IMG/VR virus record: IMGVR_UViG_3300005662_008418
Strand: one strand, 5' to 3'
Source: an uncultured virus (IMG/VR IMGVR_UViG_3300005662_008418)
Taxonomy: Duplodnaviria; Heunggongvirae; Uroviricota; Caudoviricetes
Length of the DNA: 64,000 nt
In this document: piece by piece, positions 20,094-28,939 of the stretch
How positions within the stretch are numbered: the first letter of the stretch is position 1
Layout: every line of letters starts with the position of its first letter
Notes under the pieces: model-generated
What the model was told of the DNA's origin: nothing
Databases searched by the model: none
The model's input: only the letters and a program-made list of their open reading frames with translations
Position numbers and translations under genes: made by a program

Positions 20094-20793
20094 AACTTTT
20101 TATTTTACTATTTTTATTCATATTAAATATCTTTACATTTTTAATATCAGCATATTTCTGTAGTGCATCAAAGCAATGTATATTCTCATTCCAAACAGAC
20201 AGTCTTTGATCTCTGGGCTGGACTAGAGCCAGAGGCTTTGTATTAAATTTCCTATCCCCCTTATAGTCCACTACCTGCATGGGCTTGTCTCTTTCTTCCC
20301 AGGAACTCCAGAAATATCCATTATTGTCTATGTCGTGATCTACACCAAACAAATATATGCATTTAAAACCAAAACCTATAGCCATATCAATACAAGTAGG
20401 AACGCTAGAGCAATAACACAGACCATTCTCACTCTCATCTGTAATTATGTTTTCACTTCTAGGAGAAAAGTATTTTACTCTTTTTGGAAGAATATCACTG
20501 TATTTTTCCCAGCTATCTCTAACAACTATGTTGCAAAAACTGGCTTTAACCTTATCCCAATAACTCCACCTTAGACACAGAGCATCATTAGACACCCAGA
20601 ATCTGCCTTCTTCAGATCCATTATCCCATTTCATCTTCATTATGGCGCTATTGACCGCAAAGCACGGCATTGATTCAAGCATTGACGCATCTGCTTCATT
20701 CAGCGATGGACCCGCCCCGCATATGCAGCACGATTGCCCCAAAAAAGATTCACGATATAATTCTTTGAAACTGTTCTTGCAAATCATCGACAT
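20074..20793 (-). CDS. DUF115/Maf-like putative nonulosonate transferase (paralog)
   Basis: ICGAGPSL, AVNS, WVSND, SSVPTCIDMAIGFGFKCIYLFGVD; the likely start is MSMICK (20793), not the track start at 20859. Confidence 0.75.
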   Translation of the reverse strand: MSMICKNSFKELYRESFLGQSCCICGAGPSLNEADASMLESMPCFAVNSAIMKMKWDNGSEEGRFWVSNDALCLRWSYWDKVKASFCNIVVRDSWEKYSDILPKRVKYFSPRSENIITDESENGLCYCSSVPTCIDMAIGFGFKCIYLFGVDHDIDNNGYFWSSWEERDKPMQVVDYKGDRKFNTKPLALVQPRDQRLSVWNENIHCFDALQKYADIKNVKIFNMNKNSKIKSFEFHHA

Positions 20794-22651
20794 CCACCAG
20801 TTGAGATTCAAAAAGGAACCTTGATGGCTTTTTCGGAGATTTCTTAATTTTGCTGTCAAATATGGAGAATGTTAGCGCAAGACGATCCTCCGCCCTTGTC
20901 ATGGCTACATAAAAAAGCCTTCTTTCCTCATCAATGCCGCCTTCAGCATCTTCTATACTGCGTCTATGAGGAATAATCCCGTCTTCACAGCAGCATATAA
21001 AAACATTCTTAAATTCCAGTCCTTTAGAGGAATGCATGGACATAATTCTAACTCCTTTTTCTTCCTCATCTTTTGGACTACTTAGCGTGGACTTTTCTAA
21101 AATTTCGTATAAACTCATGCCTTTATTAATGCATTCATCTATATACTTGAAGAACTCTTTGACATTGTCCCACTTCTCTTCCATCTTATCTTTATGCTCA
21201 GAAGAAAGCCAAGTAGTATAGTCAATCTCCTCCATTATGCTTTGAAGTTTCTTTCCATCGACATTTTGAGAATGCTTGTTTATTACATCCAATACTGAAC
21301 ATATGCTATCCTTGGTCTTATTGGGAACATCAGAAAGCTGTATATCAGCCATAATTGCCGTTATGCTCTTCTGCCTATAGCAAGCATCTCCAATTTGCTT
21401 TGAAACTTTTTGTCCTATCCCCCTTCTGGGCTTATTGACAAATCTCATTAAACTAATAGCATCATTATTGTTATATATAAATTTTAATATTGCAAGAGCA
21501 TCTCTAACTTCTTCGCGATCAAAAAATCTTCTCGTGCCCAAAACTGAATAAGGTATTCCACGAGAGTTTAAGGCGATTTCCAGTGATCTAGTGAGATGGT
21601 TGGCCCTGATCAAAATGCATATACTCGATGGCTTGATCCCAGCCTGAACTCCCTTCCATATCTGACCAGCAACCCAATCAGCCTCTTCTTCTCTGTCTAG
21701 GAACATTCTCCAAGAAACTGGCGAACCAGATGTCTTAAATGCATGTATGTCTGAATTTATCCTGTTCTTATCACATGATATTAATCTAGAAGCAGCCTCC
21801 ACGACATGAGGATTGCATCTATAGTTCCTAGTCAATTTTATTAACTTACCTCCAGAGTTTATGAACTTTACCAGGTTTTCTGGTCTAGCTCCTCTCCATT
21901 TGTAAATTGACTGGTCTCCATCTCCAACAAGCATGATATTGTTATGCGGAGATATCATCCTAGCCAATTCGAATTGAATAAAATTTGTATCTTGCGCTTC
22001 GTCCACTATAACAAAATCAAAGATGTTACCAACTAATGATGTTCCGTTTTTGATTGATAAATATGGCTCGTGAAGAAGAGCAGTAAAATCGAGGGCTCTT
22101 ATATTTTTCATAGATTCTATGAAGTTGCGAGCCACAGCAGAGTCTGGACCTAAATGATGATCTAAGTTTTCCAAAGTGGGATCATCATTCTCTCTTATGT
22201 CACATATTCTGCCATGCAGCATTCGGGCTTCCGCTGCGTCAATTTTACTGCCCATATCTGAGACAATAGATCGAATCAAATCTACCGCATCATCTTCATC
22301 ATATATGGTAAATTTCCTGCCCTGAGGAATTTTAACAATACCATCTCTTATTAGCTTGGCGAATAAGCTATGAAATGTACTCACGCATATCTTGTCCCAT
22401 CCGCTAACCCCATATTTATTGAATACGGTTTCCAGCCTTTTCTTCATCTCTTCAGCGGCTTTATTAGTAAATGTCACCATGCATATCTTACTGGGATCAA
22501 TTCCGTTACACACTAAATTTAATGCTCGGAATATTACCACCCGAGTTTTCCCAGCCCCTGGACACGCACTAATCAATGCTGGTCCATATATGTGACCCAC
22601 TGCCTCTATCTGCTCTTCAGTGAGTTCATTGCTAAAATTTATTTTTTGCAT
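20750..22651 (-). CDS. UvrD/PcrA SF1 helicase
   Basis: ACPGAGKT, TFTNKAA, STFHS, VDEAQD, VGDGDQSIY, NYR, SMHSSKGLEF, EERRLFYVAMTRA. Confidence 0.95.
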   Translation of the reverse strand: MQKINFSNELTEEQIEAVGHIYGPALISACPGAGKTRVVIFRALNLVCNGIDPSKICMVTFTNKAAEEMKKRLETVFNKYGVSGWDKICVSTFHSLFAKLIRDGIVKIPQGRKFTIYDEDDAVDLIRSIVSDMGSKIDAAEARMLHGRICDIRENDDPTLENLDHHLGPDSAVARNFIESMKNIRALDFTALLHEPYLSIKNGTSLVGNIFDFVIVDEAQDTNFIQFELARMISPHNNIMLVGDGDQSIYKWRGARPENLVKFINSGGKLIKLTRNYRCNPHVVEAASRLISCDKNRINSDIHAFKTSGSPVSWRMFLDREEEADWVAGQIWKGVQAGIKPSSICILIRANHLTRSLEIALNSRGIPYSVLGTRRFFDREEVRDALAILKFIYNNNDAISLMRFVNKPRRGIGQKVSKQIGDACYRQKSITAIMADIQLSDVPNKTKDSICSVLDVINKHSQNVDGKKLQSIMEEIDYTTWLSSEHKDKMEEKWDNVKEFFKYIDECINKGMSLYEILEKSTLSSPKDEEEKGVRIMSMHSSKGLEFKNVFICCCEDGIIPHRRSIEDAEGGIDEERRLFYVAMTRAEDRLALTFSIFDSKIKKSPKKPSRFLFESQLVDVDDLQEQFQRIIS

Positions 22652-22992
22652 CCGCTACATCCGCTCGATTGCGACTTAGCAACTGGGAAAGACTGGCTAC
22701 CTTTTGTTATTCTATAAGCTACATCTGCAAGAAATTGCTGAGCAGAATATGGACCAGAATGCTCCATGATTACCTTGCCGTCTCTTATTGCTTGCGTATG
22801 CGGCAATTTGTCTACATTATGATCATCGCATAGTTTCTGATTCTCATCCGCATTGGCATCAATAAAATCAACGATAATTCCCATGTTCTTGAATTCTTCT
22901 TTAACTTCCATGCAATGATGACATTCAGTTGATCCGAAAATCCTTATCTCAACTTTTTGCTCTTTACGTATAATGTTGTCCATGTCAACCAT
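22639..22992 (-). CDS. Glutaredoxin/thioredoxin-fold protein
   Basis: CHHC active site and cis-Pro motif KLPH. Confidence 0.75.
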   Translation of the reverse strand: MVDMDNIIRKEQKVEIRIFGSTECHHCMEVKEEFKNMGIIVDFIDANADENQKLCDDHNVDKLPHTQAIRDGKVIMEHSGPYSAQQFLADVAYRITKGSQSFPVAKSQSSGCSGCKK

Positions 22993-23221
22993 CCTGTATA
23001 ATAAAGTTTAACTTCTTACCCTTCATTGATGAACAAAATTTTTCCCAGTCGTCGATAGTCAGATTGGCATATTTTATTCCAGCACCTTCGGCAAAACTTT
23101 GACAAGTACAGGCATACTTAATGTCTTCTCCGCTATTTGACAGCAGCGTAAATACAAGCATCATGCTGGATTTCTCCAGCACGATGCCTGCACATGTCCC
23201 CGAAAATATGTTGTCGCTCAT
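22985..23221 (-). CDS. Hypothetical protein
   Basis: 78-aa coupled ORF. Confidence 0.55.
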   Translation of the reverse strand: MSDNIFSGTCAGIVLEKSSMMLVFTLLSNSGEDIKYACTCQSFAEGAGIKYANLTIDDWEKFCSSMKGKKLNFIIQDG

Positions 23222-23745
23222 TACAGTGAATCAAAGTCAGTACCATCGTCTGGTATTGACTGAAAGCCCATGTCGGATCTAATACCTTTAGAGCCAAAGT
23301 TGCTGTTTTTTTCCGAAGATGCGCTTTTATCGCTATCGAAAAAAGTTATTCGCAATGAATCTTCAGCCTCCTTCAGCTTAACACATGAAGGAATGGCATC
23401 AGCAGACCTTAATTCGTCTAAAAACTTAGTAAGTGGAGCATTAGATATCTTCACGGCAGTTTTTACCATGTCTTCATATCTACCCATAGCCTTTAAGAAC
23501 TTAATAAGTTCCTGCTCATCGACTACCTCATATGCTCTTGCTGTTTTCTGAATTTTAACCTCAGCAAGACTGTCAAAAGAATCGTACCTCTTCTTATTAG
23601 AAGACATTTCTTCCATAATCCGAGATCTAATTTCCTTTTCTTTAGCTTCTAGAGCAGAAATTTTCTCTTGAATCTCCTTTTTGGAAACTGCAAGAGTATC
23701 TATTTCAACTCGTATGGTCTTGATTTCTTCTATTAATTCCTTCAA
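23221..23745 (-). CDS. Gam / Siphovirus Gp157-like coiled-coil protein
   Basis: N-terminal coiled coil followed by YEVVDEQELIKFL...KIS...IPSCVKL..EDSLRI. Confidence 0.55.
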   Translation of the reverse strand: MKELIEEIKTIRVEIDTLAVSKKEIQEKISALEAKEKEIRSRIMEEMSSNKKRYDSFDSLAEVKIQKTARAYEVVDEQELIKFLKAMGRYEDMVKTAVKISNAPLTKFLDELRSADAIPSCVKLKEAEDSLRITFFDSDKSASSEKNSNFGSKGIRSDMGFQSIPDDGTDFDSL

Positions 23746-24110
23746 GAAACACCTTCCTGATCAATGGTAAAGACAGTGAACGTAACTCCAGTCTTTTCCA
23801 CTTCTCCGAACTCCACCTTATCGAAATTGGCAATCATTCCAATGTCGTCACCATGCTTCTTTACGAACTCCCTAGCTACGATATACGCCTTGAGGGCGTT
23901 GTTGATGCTAAGCACACCAACTGCCTTCATCTTGACTTCTTCCTTCTTCTCGATCTCCTTAGCAATAGCTCCAGCCACTCGGTGAATGTAGTCCCTAACG
24001 GCAGGAGAACCGCCCTCTGAGTCTTTCATTCCCTTAATGCGCAGCACTGCAGATCCGCCATTGTTCGAGTCATTCTGAATATCGCTATTTACATTAATTT
24101 CTGAACTCAT
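23742..24110 (-). CDS. spoVS: Stage V sporulation protein S (SpoVS, Alba-like) homolog
   Basis: VAGAIAKEI...KAVGVLSINNALKAYIVAREFV...NFDKVEFGEVEKTGVTF aligns by eye with SpoVS VAGALAGVL...QAIGAGALNQAVKAVAIARGFV...AFTDIQIDGEERTAIKL; AAGGAG SD before the ATG at 24110. Confidence 0.85.
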   Translation of the reverse strand: MSSEINVNSDIQNDSNNGGSAVLRIKGMKDSEGGSPAVRDYIHRVAGAIAKEIEKKEEVKMKAVGVLSINNALKAYIVAREFVKKHGDDIGMIANFDKVEFGEVEKTGVTFTVFTIDQEGVS

Positions 24111-24120
24111 TGTTAACTCC

Positions 24121-25071
24121 TTAAATATCATCAAACGGGTAAAACTTTTTTCTCAGCTCATCCAGTTTTGGATTATCCCAAATTGGACTTGCATGACAAA
24201 TATCCATATACTCACAGTATCGACAATCAAAATCCGATTTTGATTCTGGTCTGGGAGGTGGTAAATTCTTCTTCTCAGCCATAGCCATCATGGCTTTAGC
24301 TTGTTTCTGTATGACATCCCATATGTCTTCATTTCTTTCCACTCGGAACATCTTCACTTCTGAGTCATCTTTTCTTTCGTATATGATTATGCCCATGTCC
24401 AAATTTAGTATGTGAAGATATATTGTTAATTGGACTATGTAATAGAAATGCGCTTGCCTGTCTATTTTGTTCCACTGGTTCTTACCAATGGTTTTCATGT
24501 CCACTATTATAGGCTTTTCTGGCAACCAAGAAAATAAATCTTTTATCTCTTGAGCTTCAGTAGAATTTTTGAAATTCTCATCTAGAAGGCTAAAATCCAG
24601 AACCTGATCGCAGTGCCCATACATGTTAATGTCTTTGCTGGAAACTGTTATTTCCTGATATTCCCATTGCGAGCATTGACACTTATCGCACTTATCAGGC
24701 TTGAAAATTCCGAGAATTTCATCGCCACCAAGCATTGATGAGCAATTACGACATTTCCATACGCCTCTTAAAATGCCGAGCTTTTCCATATAGGTAGCCC
24801 ATCTGCTATGCATACTATGCCCAGTGTCCCATATTCTAACCATTCTAGGCTCTGGATTACTGGGAGGAATTGGGATAATGCCGTCAGAAGAATACTTCTG
24901 ATACTGCATTTTTCTAAGGCATTTGCCAAATGCACTCGGGTGGAACACACTATAGCTTCTATGCTCAGAGCCATTGGCGTTATTCCACTTCAAAAAAGAA
25001 TCTATTATTTTTGAAAACGCATATGTGCATTTTCCATTATCTTGTGACATATTATTTTTTGTTCCTAACAT
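24121..25071 (-). CDS. Cas4-like / PD-(D/E)XK exonuclease with an Fe-S staple
   Basis: HPSAFGKCLRK, GHSMH, GHCD, VDMKT, QLTIY, C-terminal CRYCEYMDIC; extra internal CxxC pairs. Confidence 0.85.
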   Translation of the reverse strand: MLGTKNNMSQDNGKCTYAFSKIIDSFLKWNNANGSEHRSYSVFHPSAFGKCLRKMQYQKYSSDGIIPIPPSNPEPRMVRIWDTGHSMHSRWATYMEKLGILRGVWKCRNCSSMLGGDEILGIFKPDKCDKCQCSQWEYQEITVSSKDINMYGHCDQVLDFSLLDENFKNSTEAQEIKDLFSWLPEKPIIVDMKTIGKNQWNKIDRQAHFYYIVQLTIYLHILNLDMGIIIYERKDDSEVKMFRVERNEDIWDVIQKQAKAMMAMAEKKNLPPPRPESKSDFDCRYCEYMDICHASPIWDNPKLDELRKKFYPFDDI

Positions 25072-25750
25072 TAGTTATTATAGAGGCCATGGAGTCACAT
25101 CCGAATTTAGAAAGCCAATCATCTGGATCTTTAGCTCCATCAAAAAAAAGATTTCTTATCTTGATGCTTCTAGTTCCTATCATTTTCTTGCTTTTTAACA
25201 TGTAGTAAAAATCTTCTCTTGCCCTCTTCCCCGCTTCATCAGAATCAAAAGCAAGCAGTATCTCATCACACCACCGCACTAGCAATGAGAACTGCTCCAT
25301 GGATATCTTGCTGCCCAATATTGATACTGTATTATCAAAACCGCATGCGTGCATATGCATTGCATCAAACTGACCCTCGCATACTATGCAGAATTCTTTT
25401 TCCATAATGTTTCGATATGCCGCATTAATACCAAACACTTCATATTTTTTCTCAAAAGATTCGTGCCAATGTCCTCTGTTTTCAGCACTTGTGTCTATAG
25501 ATCTTGTTGTCAATGCAACACAATTGCCCCAGGCATCTATTAATGGCATTATAATTCGACCAGATATCCATCTAACATTGCTTCTCGTTGGGCAAAATCC
25601 GATTTTAAATGATTTAATCGTAGCGTCATCAAGATGCCTTGAATGAAGATAAGCGAGTATCTTTTCAGATTCCTCGCTTCCTTCCCACAAAGTCTGTTGA
25701 GATAGATCTACTATCTTTTCTCGTTCGTACTCAGTGAATATTTGCGCCAT
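25052..25750 (-). CDS. DnaG primase catalytic core (Toprim) only
   Basis: YLHSRHL, GRIIMP, CEGQFD, AFDSDEAG, KDPDD; no Zn-binding or helicase-binding domain; likely start MAQIF at 25750, right after the recA stop. Confidence 0.9.
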   Translation of the reverse strand: MAQIFTEYEREKIVDLSQQTLWEGSEESEKILAYLHSRHLDDATIKSFKIGFCPTRSNVRWISGRIIMPLIDAWGNCVALTTRSIDTSAENRGHWHESFEKKYEVFGINAAYRNIMEKEFCIVCEGQFDAMHMHACGFDNTVSILGSKISMEQFSLLVRWCDEILLAFDSDEAGKRAREDFYYMLKSKKMIGTRSIKIRNLFFDGAKDPDDWLSKFGCDSMASIITNVRNKK

Positions 25751-25751
25751 A

Positions 25752-26909
25752 TCATTCTTCGTCTGCCTTAAAGATATTCTTGGACATCTCTTCGTGATCT
25801 TTCCTATTCCACACAATTAGCTCGAATGGAATGATATAGTCTTCTTTAGTAGCCTCTTCAGTTATGTCACTGATTAGATTCTCTAAATTGCCATCTTTCT
25901 TTAGAAGAGATATAAAGGCATCCTTGCCTTCGCACTTTAATTCCCTCCATGCAAAAACATTCATTCTGACGCGTATCAATTTGAGATACCTTCCTACATC
26001 GAAGGCTATCTCTTCTATATCTGGAAAGTAATGCTCAAAATAAATGGGAATTGATATGGAACTGTCAATAGGACGACTGTTACGAGTCTTTTCGACTGTG
26101 ACCATTGACTCTCGACCTATCATGCGCTCCTTACCCTCCTCGTCGCGCATCATAATCTTTCTCTTCTTACCCATGCATTTCTCTATCTTGAGAATGATAT
26201 CAGCATTATGCCTTAGGGAATGACCGCCAGGCATGGTTTCGTCAGATCCAGGTATCCAGCTTGTCTGACCTACCTTCTTCCTCAGCTGATTAATGAGTAC
26301 GACCAGAACTTGACCTTCCTGAGCTGCTGCTCTTAGTTTGGGCAGAAACCTAGATAGAACTCTGGCCAACTCTCCGACAAATTCATCACCTACGGAGGCA
26401 GCTTCCAACTGCCTTCTGGATACAAGTGATGCAATGCTGTCAATTACAAGAACTTTGATACTTCCAGACTTAACTGCCTCTAAAGCATTGTCAAGAAGCA
26501 TCTCTGCGCATATCTCATCTTTAGTGCCTTTTGCAAAGTCCGCAACAGAAGCAACAAGCAACTTATCTGGATCGACTCCATTTATCTTTGCCAGACTTGT
26601 GGAGTAGCTATTCTCTGCATCTATCCATGCGCAATTCCAACCCTTACGCTGTGCAGATCCACATATCCTGTAAGCAAGACTGCTCTTTCCAGAACCTTCA
26701 GCTCCATATAAAATAGCTATGTTTGCCAGCGGGAATCCGTGCTCTCTAAGATGAATATATTCCTTAACGAGACCATCGCTTATGGCGAAGTCTAATGCAG
26801 TATAGCCGCAAGGAACTGTGCCATCCACATCTCGTTTTCCACCAAGGCGGAATCCCTTAAGATTAGCCATGGCTACTGCGCTTCCAGAAGAATTATTTTT
26901 CTTAGCCAT
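25752..26909 (-). CDS. recA: RecA/UvsX recombinase
   Basis: YGAEGSGKS, WIDAEN, VIDSIASL, INQLR, TMPGGHSLRH; GAGGTG SD. Confidence 0.92.
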   Translation of the reverse strand: MAKKNNSSGSAVAMANLKGFRLGGKRDVDGTVPCGYTALDFAISDGLVKEYIHLREHGFPLANIAILYGAEGSGKSSLAYRICGSAQRKGWNCAWIDAENSYSTSLAKINGVDPDKLLVASVADFAKGTKDEICAEMLLDNALEAVKSGSIKVLVIDSIASLVSRRQLEAASVGDEFVGELARVLSRFLPKLRAAAQEGQVLVVLINQLRKKVGQTSWIPGSDETMPGGHSLRHNADIILKIEKCMGKKRKIMMRDEEGKERMIGRESMVTVEKTRNSRPIDSSISIPIYFEHYFPDIEEIAFDVGRYLKLIRVRMNVFAWRELKCEGKDAFISLLKKDGNLENLISDITEEATKEDYIIPFELIVWNRKDHEEMSKNIFKADEE

Positions 26910-26917
26910 TTATCACC

Positions 26918-27565
26918 TCAAAAGTCAAGATCGTCTGTTTCTTCCAAAGATGCCGATGCAGAAGCTGCAGCAGCACTCTTAGAACTAGGCTTTGAAGATG
27001 AAGATTCTCCAAAAAGCTTTTGCATTATGTCAGACTGAGGAGTTGGCTTATAAATTTCGTCAAGCTTATAAAGCCCCTGCTTCTTAATCATTTCAGTCTC
27101 ATCCTTGCTGAATGGAACTGGGCCAAGGAACTGGCAGTTATACCTGGTATTCTTCTTGACATTTCCTGGGCATTCCACGGAAATAGCAAAATCTCCACCA
27201 TCCTTAGTTCCTGGATCCAAACCAGTACTCTTAGACCAAACGGCCATCTGCTTGAAAATAGTCACAGCGCCCTCAAGAACCTTGAGTTTGCCATCAGCAC
27301 GATCTATGACATTGACCGCGAAACGCTCCTTAGCCTTTTCTCCGGTCTTCTTAAGAACAATGCAATTTTCCGCATCTTCTGTATAAGCTCTGGCAAAACC
27401 TCCGCCCTGAGCTTCATTGCGCTCAATGAAGTACTGGAATATTCGATATGGCTTTCCTACTGGGCGAATCCGATACGACTTCCCAGCCTCCAGCTTGAGA
27501 TAGGCAACGCCATTAGAGCTGCCCTTATCCTTATTAGAAATTGATGTCCAATCTACAATACCCAT
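26918..27565 (-). CDS. T4 gp32-like single-stranded DNA-binding protein
   Basis: YLKL...RIRP, RFAVNVIDR, KVLE, DPGTKDGGDFAI, TRY, acidic tail EETDDLDF; AAAGGA SD. Confidence 0.75.
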   Translation of the reverse strand: MGIVDWTSISNKDKGSSNGVAYLKLEAGKSYRIRPVGKPYRIFQYFIERNEAQGGGFARAYTEDAENCIVLKKTGEKAKERFAVNVIDRADGKLKVLEGAVTIFKQMAVWSKSTGLDPGTKDGGDFAISVECPGNVKKNTRYNCQFLGPVPFSKDETEMIKKQGLYKLDEIYKPTPQSDIMQKLFGESSSSKPSSKSAAAASASASLEETDDLDF

Positions 27566-27582
27566 AATGATTTATCCTTTTG

Positions 27583-28653
27583 TTAAATCCAATCTACAAT
27601 ACCCGCTTTTGACTCCCGAGAACCCTTAGGAGTCGAACTATTCTTTTTACTTGCTTGCAATCCAGAATTAGATGACACAGAATCATAATCTTCAGAATTG
27701 AATGTAGAACTTATTGCATTCTTTGTCTTCTTCTCTACGAAATCTACATCCTTACCCATTGTAGACACTGAAGTCGTGATTTGTCTACTAATACACTCAA
27801 AAGCATTATCTAAATTTTCCCTTACTGCTGAAGCACTAGCATGTAAAGATTCCAATTTGCTCATGTACATAACCATGTCGCCCATGTGTTCCATGACCAC
27901 CCCATCCTGCTTCTCAGAAGGCTTTTCGTATCTGCATCGCGCAAGGACTCCCCTAAACAATTCTATAGCCCTCTTCCAGGCGTAAAATTGCTGGTTGACA
28001 TCTATTTGGATAGCAGTAATTCTATCTTTCCATTTCTGTATCTGCTTAAGAGCAACAAACATGGATTGCATATCACCAAAGACAACCTGAGTAAGATCAG
28101 GCTTTGCTTGCCGCAATTCCTCCATGATGGCAGAAAAATTTACAACGCCACCAGGCAGTAGCCATGTTGCTAATGCGTCTCTTTTTATGTTATAAAAATT
28201 TTCTAGATCGTGCTCCCTGCACTCTATGTTAAAGCCGCTGAATATATTATATTCTAAGCTGCTTTTATCTTCTAATTTCTTCTGGAGCTGTACGGAATCC
28301 ACTTTCTCTTCATCAGCAACTTCTGATGTGGAGTTGGAGTCACCCAGGGCATGATGCTTTTCTTTTCTGGTATCACTATGCTCGACAACCTCATTAGCAT
28401 TCGATTCATCTTTATGATTTTGTACTTTGGGTGTGACATTACCATTATTTCGACTTATACTCTTTGAAGACCTTCCTGCATTTTTAATGGAAGATTCCAC
28501 CTTAGATGCTTGATCTTCAAAAATAACCCCATTAGCCTCATTCATAGTATCACTGAATGCAGCCTCTTCAGAGCCAGCATGGTCTTCCTGTTTTTTATCT
28601 GCTACAGGTATGCCAAAAATTTCATCTAAATCGTCAGTCATTTTATTCACCAA
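27583..28653 (-). CDS. Hypothetical protein; disordered acidic N-terminus and helical C-terminus (candidate UvsY-like mediator)
   Basis: Long amphipathic helices; lies directly upstream of SSB and recA. Confidence 0.55.
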   Translation of the reverse strand: MVNKMTDDLDEIFGIPVADKKQEDHAGSEEAAFSDTMNEANGVIFEDQASKVESSIKNAGRSSKSISRNNGNVTPKVQNHKDESNANEVVEHSDTRKEKHHALGDSNSTSEVADEEKVDSVQLQKKLEDKSSLEYNIFSGFNIECREHDLENFYNIKRDALATWLLPGGVVNFSAIMEELRQAKPDLTQVVFGDMQSMFVALKQIQKWKDRITAIQIDVNQQFYAWKRAIELFRGVLARCRYEKPSEKQDGVVMEHMGDMVMYMSKLESLHASASAVRENLDNAFECISRQITTSVSTMGKDVDFVEKKTKNAISSTFNSEDYDSVSSNSGLQASKKNSSTPKGSRESKAGIVDWI

Positions 28654-28939
28654 ATATATTTTTCAAGTCATCAGAAGATGGCTTTTCCATCTTACTGGGA
28701 GCTGATTCTCCCCATGCTTTCTTTTCATGCAATTCTAGTTCTGAGAAAACTTCATTTTGAGTTATCTTAAAATCATTTATAATTTCCGAAGTAAGTAAGT
28801 TCAGGTACTTTTCCAAATCACTTTCATTGCAATCTATTTCCTTCTCTATATCAACAGATATGACTATATTCTCGTAAGAACCAGTATTTATTTTTCTTGA
28901 TATGTTTTTTCTTATTTTGTAATTCATAGAGTCATCCAA
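28643..28939 (-). CDS. Hypothetical protein
   Basis: 98 aa, SRKINTGSYENIVISV. Confidence 0.6.
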   Translation of the reverse strand: MDDSMNYKIRKNISRKINTGSYENIVISVDIEKEIDCNESDLEKYLNLLTSEIINDFKITQNEVFSELELHEKKAWGESAPSKMEKPSSDDLKNIFGE

